From Octopus vulgaris (taxonomy: Eukaryota), in the NCBI GenBank assembly GCA_951406725.2, contig OX597824.1:71176001-71240000 (forward strand): DNA of 64,000 nt. The letters are read 5' to 3'. Under the pieces are notes generated by a model. The model made no database searches and was not told where the DNA came from. It saw only the letters and a list, made by a program, of their open reading frames with translations. The position numbers were made by a program, and so were the translations under genes. Of the stretch, positions 26,849 to 64,000 are shown piece after piece (positions within the stretch are counted from its first letter, which is position 1; the number at the start of each line of letters is the position of its first letter).

Positions 26849-28154
26849 GGGCAGAACACGCACGCGAACAATTAAATAGGACGATGAAGATTCAGGCTTG
26901 GTAAATAAGCATTTTCCATGACACATCAGTAGAGGCTACGTATGAGAACAATTAAGCAGGATCATGAAGATACACTCTAGGCTAATTTTATATTTTCTAA
27001 TGCCTACGCGCGACAGCGGTACTTGATGGCCATATCAGAGATGTCACGCTTCTCACGGGGATTTAAAATTTATTTGTCACCACTGTTCATAAACCACAAG
27101 GACACCATGAAGGATAATCAGGTAGTCAAGAAAGAGTAAGATGCTGTCAACAAGATCAAGTTAGCCAGAGTGAGTCACGGAAATTCCTTTGCTGTAAGAG
27201 GTCATCGGCTTTGCAACTGAACGTGGGCAGAAAGACCACGTTTGCGTACTCTTTCTGGCCACTTTCTGTATGAAGAGTACTTTTTTTAATGTAATAGTGA
27301 TAATGTTAGTTTGTTGACGGCATTCATAAAGCAGAACAATGCCATATTCTACTCAGGAGAAACAGTAACAAACAGACAAGATCAGTGTCCATCTGTGAGT
27401 CTGAAAGAAACAAAAGAATTTTATAATTGGCTTATAGTCAATCAGATCAAACTGAGACACCGATAAGAAGAATACCTTCGGGAGCAGCGAGTTTACATTG
27501 GTTCCACCTGAAGCATTGTTTGCCAATTCTTTCATGTGCTAACGAATCGAGCCTCATACGTTGCCTAGGAAAAATACAATGAAACTTTTCAGAATGTAAA
27601 AGCACCAACATCTGAAAAATAAGAAACATCGTCAGCCCTCTGAAAGTCCAAAACTTGCCGTTGTAGATGAAATGGTGTTTGTCTAATAGATGGCAAAGAA
27701 ACCTGGAACAATGAACACAGTCACTAATTTTGGCCAACAATGACGGACTCCAGGTGTTGACAGCACATTTCAATTACGTTAGTTGACTCATTTTACGTTG
27801 AAACAGAAAACAATGAAGAAACAAGTACGAGATTGCTGAAGGCACAAACCTTAAAAGCATATCTATGGGATGCTTCTATCATATGAAAACAGGAACACCG
27901 ATCTAAGTGAATAGCTTGCACAATCGGTACTCAAAAATAATGCAAATATCCAGAAGCTGTCATCAGACCAGCATCAGACAGTCAAGGAAGAAATGGCGAC
28001 ATGAAGTTTGAGGATAGCAGCCATGAAGAGGCTGAAACGTTGATGACAACTGCATCGCATTGCTGTCTTGAGGTAGGGGTGGTTTTCTTTGGTCTAGATA
28101 TCGATATCTTGGTTCCCGTTGTTGCACACTACGACGATCTCTTTAAACACACTG

Positions 28155-28208
<54 letters not shown>

Positions 28209-28526
28209 TGTCAGGGTGCTTTATTTTTAGTTTATGCGGGAAGTGAGGCGAGGTTGAGCCAATCTAGAGTTCTGGGACGAGACAAAGCATTAGCGTTACC
28301 AGTATTCCACACATTCACTGATTTATGAAGATTTATATTTTTCCAGAGTCAAGCGGTAACAAGGCGTATATACGCCACTGATTGATAAAACTCTTCTAAA
28401 CTTTTCATTCGATGTTTATTCTGTGTTTCCAAAGACAAGATATCTACTCATATTCCCGAAGCTGAAAAGTGTTTCGAAAACTTGGTGTGAACATTAGGAT
28501 GGGAAAATATCTGCTGCGATAAATGA

Positions 28527-28615
<89 letters not shown>

Positions 28616-29640
28616 GGGCAGAACACGCACGCGAATAACTAAATAGGACGAGTAAGCAAAGTCAAGTGATTTCAACAGCACATGAAAGTTGACAAGAACC
28701 TCATCTCAGCACTAATGAAACTGACAGAGAAAGGCGATCTATCACAAAAGATGAATGATTTATTGGCCAACTTTGTATACTTAATGTATTCTCTAAATTA
28801 CAACTATATACTACTGATCTAAGATGGTTTCAGTTTTGCAATCATTTTGTAGAAAAAGGATACGTTGCCTCATATAGCTGGTCCCTTTGAGGGACACATT
28901 AATCGTGCGTGCATACTGAGTAGAGTGTTGTACCAAGCCACCTCAATGTGGCAACGTCTGTTCGCTCAATCAAGGATGACTGCTCTCATCAATGACTATG
29001 GTGGGATACTACATACCACTACAAGGGTTTCCCGTACACCATAAGTTATTGAAGAATTGATCAAATGTCTGTTAAAGCTTGTTGCACAAACCAGAGATGT
29101 TTGTGCAAGAGACACAACTTGAATTGCACAGACCTTTGTGTGGAAGTGACTGAAAATAGGTGTGGACAGTAACAACGAAAATATCACTTAATTATGAAGA
29201 TGTATAAAAACATATTCCTAAATTATATCGACCTAGTATATCCTGCATATAAAACTTATAGCTCCACCTGTTGAGTAACAAGGCTGCTTTCTTGCTTTAT
29301 GACTATAATTTCAAAGGACTTGCAACAGATGTTATATAGTACAGCTATATCACAAATATTAAGGTAATGGGTTTCAGCTACCTTCGTTTGTTGCGATTCT
29401 ATAATCATGAGCACTATTTTGAAGCCGTGATTAAGTTCGTTGACCTAAAACACTTCAGATTAGAATATTTAAGTTTCAAGATTGACTAGAAGCCAAAATA
29501 GAGCAAAATATGTATTTTATGGTGGCTATTTTGCAAATCCAACATGGCAGCCGTAGATGAGTTTGTACAACAGCCAACATTGAATCCCCATGCTCTGATG
29601 ATTCTAAAAATATACTGGTTCGCTAATATCCAAAATATTT
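26130..29640 (+). mobile_element. Heavily decayed DNA-transposon-like element with XPG/PIN-like and CXC motifs and degenerate inverted ends
   Basis: SSHEEAETLM...DIDILV (about 28020-28115), ALPVFHTFTD (about 28290-28325), ELIKC..KACCTNQRCLCKRHNLNCTDLC (about 29050-29140). About 26380-26500 and 29460-29560 are degenerate reverse complements. Confidence 0.5.
26578..28650 (+). repeat. Near-identical ~310-bp direct repeats containing (CT)n (about 26578-26883 and 28337-28650)
   Basis: TTTTCCAGAGTCAAGCGGTAACAAGGCG...(CT)n TTGGGGCAGAACACGCACGCGAA occurs twice, about 1.76 kb apart. Confidence 0.9.
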
Positions 29641-30321
29641 GAACGAAAATATATTTATTAAAATAGTAAAACTAATTATAATATAATTTTTTCCGTCTTC
29701 ATGTTGCTATTATTTTCTTCTCCTTCCCTTTCTTGTCCTTTTCTTTTTATTTCATAGCCTCCATTTTTTCTTAGCTGGCAGAATCGCTAACGCGCCGGAC
29801 AAAATCGTTAGCGATACTTCTTCCAGCTCTTTACGTTCTGAGTTCTAATATCGCCGAGGTCAGTTTTGTCTTTTATCCTTTCGATTCTTCTTACTCTTCA
29901 TCTCTCTAATCTACCCACTCCCACCGCTTTCTCCCCCCTTCTCTCCTACACTTCCTCCCTCTTCATCTTTCTCTTTCCCTGTCTTTCTCTCACCCACACG
30001 CTTTCATTCTCTATCACTCTCTCTTTCTCTGTCACTCTCCCTATCTCTCCCTCTCTCTCGTACTCTCTCTCCCTTTCACCAATTTTGTTTTTAACTTCAT
30101 TCTGCTCTTTATTTCTCTCATTCTCTGTCACACACTTTCCCCTGCACAACATTCTTGTCCCTCTTTTTCTTTATTTTTTTCTCTCCCCTTCCTTTCTTTC
30201 TCTCACTCAATTTCTTTTCTTCCCATCCTTCACCCACTCTTTCTCTCTTGCTCTTTTTCACCCTTACCTTCTCTCAGTTTCTCTCTTTTTCTTGCCCCTT
30301 TAACCAACCTTCTCGTTTTCA

Positions 30322-30386
<65 letters not shown>

Positions 30387-31744
30387 CTACCGTTACAAAT
30401 ATTTGCGCCCGTGCTGATTCCCCCCATCGTGACGTTTACAATTCGTGCTCTGGCTGTTATAACACTGACCCAAGTCGGACATTGCTAAAAACGAACGATG
30501 AAAATCTCATCCTGTCTTCGGTTGGAACAATCGGTTCGCGATACAACCAGTTATCGCTAAACTACGACCTAGATACCTAGGAGATCTCGTCAACGCCTCA
30601 GCCTGGTATTCACTGCTCATTTTCTGTCATCTTCACCGGATATATATATCTGACAAAGAATTTCGTAAGTCTGACGGACAGAATCTTCCTTAAAAAGAAA
30701 ATTAAACACAAACAAATGATACATTGAGAGCTTTATGATTCACTTTATCTAACCAACACCTCTACCTCAGATGTTGAATATCTGTCTTTAACTTGGATAT
30801 ACATAACAACATGAATGTCGTTTCCTTGGACTCTTTTCCATTTTACTTATCAAATGTTTATCTTAAGCTCTGAAGTGCAGAACGTTTACTAACAGCTCTT
30901 CTTTAAGATATGAAAAAGGTGAGAATTTTATAAGTTTCAAAATGTTCTTTTAGGACATACCTCATAAATGACCATCCATCAGGATAATCTAGACAACGAG
31001 AGTATTTTCTTACTCTTTCACTGTGTTACTTTATGACACAGGTATAGAAAAATCATTTAAGGAACTCCACCAGACTATATATACATATATTCACAAGAAC
31101 TGTATTTATCCCAAAGAATTTATCTAATTTTGTATTTCAGAGATGTCCATCTATCGTCTGCAAATTAATGCCGAATCGCTATCTCACCTCTTCTATTTGG
31201 ATATGTACACAACTCTAATTTCATAAGAATTTTTCTTTGCCATTTTCATTTATTTTTTTTAATTATGGTAATTAAATTGATGAAGTACATAATTATTTTT
31301 TAATAAACTAAATGTTGAGAAGCTATCTCCACCAACTCTTTCCAGTTGGGTATCTAAAACATCAAGAATTCCAAATGTTTGTAGATTCCTCCGAAATATT
31401 TTACACATCCATGATCAAATAACGTTTCCAGCGGAATACATTCACAGGAAAAAGGAATTTATTGCAAAAGAAAGAAATATTTAAAGTAAGGAGAAAAAAA
31501 AAGAATATAAAAAGAAGAAAAGACTTTAAAAAGGAAAGAAAGTAACACAAGGAAGGCCAAGATAAAGAAGTGGGGGGAAAGCTTGACAGTATAAGAAAGC
31601 GATTTGAAATATTCAGGACTCATTTCTGTCTCACAAAACTCATCAGGTAATCAAACCTTTTATAAATGAAAAGTGATTTGTATTTTATGTATGCATGTAT
31701 TTATGTATGTATACGTATAGATATGTGTATGTTTGCATGTATGA

Positions 31745-31779
<35 letters not shown>

Positions 31780-32483
31780 CGTGCGTGTGTGTTATGTTTT
31801 TGTCCCTTCTCGAGCCACACCTAGCTCCTTGGCGTATAGGTTCCCCATCTGGACGGGATACCGGTCCGTCGCAGGTAAGCTGCTAGATGCAGGAGGAAAG
31901 AGTGAGAGAAAGTAGTGGCGAAAGAGTCAGCAGAAGTTTCGCCATTACCTTCTGCCGGAGCCGCGTGGAGCTTGGGTGTTTTCGCTCATAAACACACACG
32001 TCGCCCAGTCTGAGATTCGAACTTGCGATCCCTCGACCACGAGTCCGCTGCTCTAACCACTAAGCCACGTGCCTCCACTGTGTGTGTTATGATGTATACA
32101 AATACTTGTATCGTTTATTATATATTAACTTTTCGTTACCGTCCTTGCTTTCTCTTTTCATATATGTTTCGTTCTCTTTATCACTCATTCTTTTCACCGT
32201 TTTATCTAGACATCACGTGTTTTTTCTTTGTTTCCTTTTTTTTGTTTCGTTTGTTCTTATCTCGTCTTTTTTTTTTTTTTTTTGTGTTCACTCATTTATA
32301 TTCCAATACTCCAGCAGCTTTTGCTGTTGATACCCCTAAATTAAACATTATAATCAATCAGCCACCGAAATTGTGATGATTTTTTTAATCTATAACTGAT
32401 GAGAGATGAGCGTGTTCACGTCTTTTGAGTGTTTCTTCATGTTTTGTCTCTAATCCATCGTCGTGTTCTTGTGCCACATTCTA

Positions 32484-32548
<65 letters not shown>

Positions 32549-33260
32549 CATGAAATTAGATATATGACCAAATAACAGTAAATCATGCAATCAACTTCAT
32601 GGCCTTACAGCTGTTTCTGCTACAAGGTGCAGTGAACTAAGAGATGGGTGCTTGTCTATCACCTTCTAGCTATCTTGGACCTTCCGAGAAAGTCATAAGG
32701 TGAAGTAGCTGCACAAGTACACAGTTCTGATTGCACTGCGTCACGTGGCAGAAACAACTCTAAGCTAATGAGGTACATTGGATACTTTCTGTTTCTTGTT
32801 TGTTGTTTTGATCATTAGACTGCGGCCATGTTGAAGCACGGCCTTGAAGAATTTTAGTCGAATCAATCGACCCCAGTGCTTTTAAGCCTAATACTTATTC
32901 TATCAGTCTCTCTTGCCGAACTACTAAGTTACTGGGAGGTAAACACACCGACGCCGGTTGTCAAGCGGTGATGGAGGAACGAACAGACACTAAGACGCAC
33001 ATACATAGATATGTACATATATGTATACATGTATATAAGACGGGCTTCTTTCAGCTTCCGTCGACCAAATCCACTTACAAGGCTTTGGTTGTCCCGAGGC
33101 TACAGTAGATGACATTTGCCCAAGGTGTCACGCAGTGGGACTGAACCCGGAACCATGAGATTAAGAAGCAAGTTTCTTTCCACATAGCCACGCCTGCACC
33201 TGTGTATATATAATATATACAATATACAATACGTATGTACGGACTGACAGACAGACAAGC

Positions 33261-33299
<39 letters not shown>

Positions 33300-33356
33300 T
33301 AGATAGGCAGACAGGCAGGCAGACAGACAGACAGGCAGGCAGGCAGGCAGGCAGGC

Positions 33357-33472
<116 letters not shown>

Positions 33473-34906
33473 CAGGTATATGCAACTGAAGTAGTATAAA
33501 ATTAAAATAGCCGTCTATGTATCATATTTGATGTTTATACATCGTTGAAAGGCAAATTACTGCGGTATTTGTTCAAGATAACATCTGTTATTGACCTGTA
33601 GTATTTAAGACACATAATATATATCGGAAGCAGACGAAAAATCGTCCCAGCAGCGGCTAGCGAGAACATCGGGTGCATTTCGGCCTAATTGAGCTTAATC
33701 AGTGATGTATACTCACGGGCAACCACATAGCTAAGCGAGATTTTTTGGCTTTGATATAGAAAACAGTGAATAAAACATTGATTGATATTGCATTCCCGCT
33801 AGCCGCTGCTGGAACAATTTTTTAATCTCCCTCATGACATATGAAAATTTCGGTGGTTGGGATTATCCGTAAAATTTAGGTTTGGGTTCGTGATTTATAG
33901 AAAAAAGTCATATAAGGATCCGTGACAAAAATACTTTGTAACTGCTGGATAGATGTTTCTTGATACACGCTAAGTGGCTTTAGAAATTTTGTGGAAATAA
34001 AATAGCAGGGAAGCTTAAATAGCTAGAAGAGTGGATGATATCCGCTCTGTAGCGTAATTGGTTAATTCACATTCACCGAAGAAGCGATAGATATACGGAT
34101 CTAGTCCAGTCAATATCTCTGTTGATTTTTCCTGTATTAACTCGGGGATTATAATGTAGTTTAATTTATAATGTAGCTTAATTTTAGGCAAGAATGTTAC
34201 AGAATCTCTCACTTTTTCGTTCTTTCCCACATCTCTCTCCTCTCTTTTCTCTTTCTCTCTCATCTCTCCCCCCTCTCTCTCTCTCTCGCTTACACGAACA
34301 CACACACACTCACATGTTTATATACAACTTACAATTGCACAAGTCTTTCAATACGTCAGTATCTTCTCAAAGCTGTATAATGGATTGTGTGTGTGTGTGT
34401 GTGTCTGTATCTGTGCAATGTCCAGTTCATATAGATAGATGCATAATCTACTTTACCCGGCGAACATTTTTCTCTTTTTAGTCTTCCCTTCATGGATGTT
34501 ATCCGAGAACCATCGATTTAATATTTATATGCTTGTTAGTATGCATGTACGTATGTATAGAATGTAATGTATATATATGTCTGCGTATATGTATATATTC
34601 ATGTATGTGTGTATATAAACATATATATATATACATATACATACATAAATAAAATAAATGCGCCCTTTTAAAGCCTAGCCAGACTCATGAGCCCCGTTTC
34701 CCGATTTCAATGTCATATGTATGTGTTCCCCAACTGGACGGGACGCCAGTCCATCGCAGCGTTACTCAGTTTTGCCAGCTGAGTGGACTGGAGCAACGTG
34801 AAATGAAGTGTTTTGCTCAAGAACACAACGCGTCAACCGGTCCAGGAATCGAAACCACAATCTTACGATCATGATGCTGACACCCTAACCACTAAGCCAC
34901 GCACCT

Positions 34907-34969
<63 letters not shown>

Positions 34970-35205
34970 CATATATATAATTAATACAGACAGCGGTACA
35001 CACACATATACACACACATACATATATATGTGTATGTGTGTGTGTGTATATACGTACGTATTTATGCATGCGTTGCACGAATGTATGTATGTCTGCAAGC
35101 ATACATGCATGCATGTATGTATGTATGCATATGTATATACATTCACATATATACGTACATATCTATACATGTATGTGTAACCAATTACTCCTTACTATTG
35201 CAGCC

Positions 35206-60642
<25,437 letters not shown>

Positions 60643-60908
60643 TCGATGGAGTCCTAGTTTTTATTTTTGAAATTTTGTTGTTTTTTTTTGTACTTGTTTT
60701 TCTGTTCGTTTGTGTCTTTTTTTTTTTTTAACTTTCTTGGATTAAGAAGGCAGCGTGTTAGGTTGGAAGAAATAAGGAAATTTTCATAAGAACAAAGAGT
60801 AGAAATGATGGAATTTTTTTTCTTGAAGTACTACTACTTTGTAACAAAAATCTGAAATTTACCTCGACATTTCCATATACATACATACATTCCCATATAC
60901 ATACATAC

Positions 60909-61002
<94 letters not shown>

Positions 61003-61190
61003 ATATGTATATGTATATATATATATATATGCATTCATATACATACATTCACACACAAAGATGTGCATGTGTAAGTATATATATACACACACAAACACAC
61101 ACACACACATATATATATCTACATACATACATACATGCATACACACACATATTAATATATGTATGTGTATGTATATACATTTGTGTATGC

Positions 61191-61221
<31 letters not shown>

Positions 61222-61358
61222 AACACATATAACCGTCCAACCCATGCCATCATGGAAGGCGGATGTCAAACAATGAAGATGACATACATACATGTAGACA
61301 TACATTCCCACATGCACACACACACATACAAACACAATTTTTTAATGTAAAACTTCAA

Positions 61359-61364
61359 AATAAA
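61359..61364 (+). terminator. Candidate polyadenylation signal AATAAA for the chitinase mRNA
   Basis: First clear AATAAA I found downstream of the stop codon, followed by T-rich sequence; a second lies near 61455. Unverified. Confidence 0.3.
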
Positions 61365-61605
61365 AGTATTAATTTTTTATATAATTAATTTTCTTGACAG
61401 ATTTATTTATTTGTTTCTTTAAGAAAAAAGTGTCTCATTTAGTAAATCTTAAGAAATAAAATCAAATTGTGTTTTGATGAAAACTTTCAAGTGTGTATAT
61501 TTTATATACATATGCATGTTTGTGTGTATACATGTTCATGTCTGTGTGTATACATAATGATGAAAACAATATTTTGAAGAGCTGAAGTAATTGTTTAATG
61601 ACTGA

Positions 61606-61691
<86 letters not shown>

Positions 61692-62622
61692 GGAATGGAA
61701 GAAGGCTGTGAAGACAGCAGAAATAATCAAGTAAAAATCCTTTAGAAGAATGAAAAAAGTGGCCAGAAAGCCTCCACAAGGAGTCAGATCTTTTTTCCAT
61801 CTTCTAAAGTGTATTTACCCAATTTTCTAAGCTGATTTCACAGCCTTCTTGCATTCATGATTTCCTTTATTTTCTGTAGAACACCAAGACACATGGTGCT
61901 TATAAGTTTGTTTACAATATATATGCAATGGGCTACCTCACAGTTTCTGAATTACCAAATTCACCACAAGTCATTTATCTGCTTAGGGCTATTGTAGAAG
62001 ATACTTATTAAGACACTTACTAAACCCAGAACCATGTAGTTGCAAAGCTAGATTCATAAACACACAGCCATGCCTACAAATTATAATATATAGAGTACAA
62101 TGTATGTATGCAGGAGAATGCAGAGATATGAATATGGAGAGTAGTGTAGACAATGTGAATTTAAAGATGGTGTTAAAGGTGAAGCTTGATGTGGTGTATT
62201 TCAAAGGTAGCAGAAAAGACTGAAATTATTCCAATAATGATGGGAAAAAATCTGTGGACATCTATGTGTATTGTTATTGAATAAATGAATATATGACATA
62301 ATGTTGTGAGAAAACACAATGGTGTCACATGTGGATTATGTAGATAGTTTTCTGAACTTTGACAGAGGACTATCTGTAGATTTGCTATCCAAAAAGAAAA
62401 GGTAAATGGTGCAGAATCTAACAGAAAGTAAAATAAATGACAATAAAAAGTAGATTTAGTAATGGAAAAGAAAAAAGAATTTTATTTACAATTCATTTGT
62501 CCAAAAGCTGTGATAAAAGTGAAATGTTTTTGTTATCAGTAGAATTGTTCTTGTAACAATGACTGCAGGATGTGAAATATCTGGGACAATGAAATGTTAA
62601 GAAAATCATAGATGATCTTGTT

Positions 62623-62711
62623 TCATAAGACACTCTGCATGTATTTCTGGATTGCATAACTGCTGTTTCTAGCATGTGGCATCACTAGTGTGGTGTCTGT
62701 GTGTTCACAAT
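62623..62711 (-). CDS. Possible terminal coding exon of a convergent neighbouring gene (CEHTDTTLVMPHARNSSYAIQKYMQSVL*)
   Basis: Strong minus-strand acceptor ctatttcacttctctttgcag at 62712-62732, followed by 28 codons to TGA in non-repetitive sequence. No family recognised. Confidence 0.3.
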
Positions 62712-64000
62712 CTGCAAAGAGAAGTGAAATAGCTGAATGTTGAAGACGAATATACACATAAGTCACAATTTAAAGAACAAAAAACTTTTAGTAATGACTG
62801 GAGTTGGTAATTTATAACTATGATTGAAGAAAGAGAAATGTTGTGGATGAGTGATGTTAAGAAATGCTTTTAGAGAAAAGCAAGGACTATGTAGAGGTAG
62901 TGGTGCAGTTGGGGCAGGTTGAGTAATGTGAATGAATTAAAAGAGAAATCAATGCTAGGGAATTGAAATTGAGTGCTGCATACTGTAAGGATGAATGAAA
63001 GCAAATTAGAAGAATATTTAAACTGTGAGGCATAAAAATGAAAGGTTGACAGTATTTATTATTTATTCAGTATGATAAGTGCAATTGTAGCTGTGTGGTT
63101 AAGAAGTTTGCTTCTGAACTATATGGTTTGGAGTTCAGTCCCATTGCATAGCGCCTAGGGTAGGTGTAGAACTACCATAGCCCTGGCCAGGCCAAAATCT
63201 TGAGAGTGGATTTGGTTGACAGAAGCTAAAAGAAGTTTGTCATATGTACAAGTGCATATGTGTGTGAATGTGAGTGTGTATATATTTGTCTCCTTGTCTC
63301 TCGCCTTGATGTTGTGTGATCAATGTAAATGAATGTCATTGTTACACAAGCAGTGTCTTTTGCTTCTAATATTCTGTGAAATCATCTCTGGCCATGGAGG
63401 AATATTACCTTCTTTGGAAACGGGTAAGGATTAGTGATAGGAAGGGCATTTGACCATAGAAAATCTGCCTAAGTAAACTCTGTCTGACCCATGAAAGCAT
63501 GGAAAAGTGAACATTAAAATAATAATACTAATACAATAATAATAATAATAATAATAATAATAATCCTTTCTTTGAACTCTTTGAAACTATTTGAACTCAA
63601 AATGTAATGACAGACAACATACCACTAAACATTTTACTCAGGATGCTAATGATTGTGCGAACTGTCCACATCTTTTCTACTATAGGCACAAGTGCTGAAA
63701 TTTGGGGGAAGGGGATAGTTGATTACATCGATCCCAGTACTCAACTAGTACTTGATTTATCAAGCCCAGAAGGATGAAAGGCAAAGTTGACCTCGGTGGA
63801 ATTTGAACTCAGAACGCAGCAACAGACAAAATATCTATTTCTTTACTATCCACCAGGGGCTAAACACAGAGAGGACAAACAAGGACAGACAAACGGATTA
63901 AGTCAATTACATCGACCCCCAGTGCGTAACTGGTACTTAATTTATCGACCTCGAAAGGATAAAAGGCAAAGTCGACCTCAGTGGAATTTGAACTCAGAAC

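Noticed and set aside
32595-32700. Minus-strand GAAACAGCTGTA half-hammerhead; a similar half motif lies at about 36255-36280
   Set aside because: Only the 3' half is recognisable, with no intact CUGANGA at a compatible position.

Overview
This is eukaryotic, AT-rich DNA saturated with microsatellites and SINEs. The repeat families look like those of an octopus (coleoid cephalopod) genome; that assignment is inferred from repeat style, not from a search. One complete protein-coding gene can be reconstructed by hand: a + strand GH18 chitinase with 10 coding exons (35206-60642, 481 aa). It has a signal peptide, an intact DGLDMDWE catalytic motif and a C-terminal CBM14 domain, and several substrate-binding residues are unusually substituted. 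The rest is transposon debris: Tc1/mariner, Helitrons, R4/Dong-type LINEs in (TAA)n, Tx1/L1, CR1, a Penelope GIY-YIG relic, three SINE families and a palindromic MITE. The most striking signal is a set of type I hammerhead-ribozyme motifs in non-coding repeats sitting in microsatellites, mostly (TA)n. A ~566-bp unit forms a tandem-plus-inverted array with five ribozyme copies (21637-24664). An unrelated ~484-bp unit has the same inverted geometry and stem-II architecture inside chitinase intron 8. Further families carry core variants, including a G3-C8 compensatory swap. Together these look like a Penelope-associated, retrozyme-like self-cleaving (possibly circular) RNA system. No alignments or folding programs were run, and repeat boundaries are approximate.
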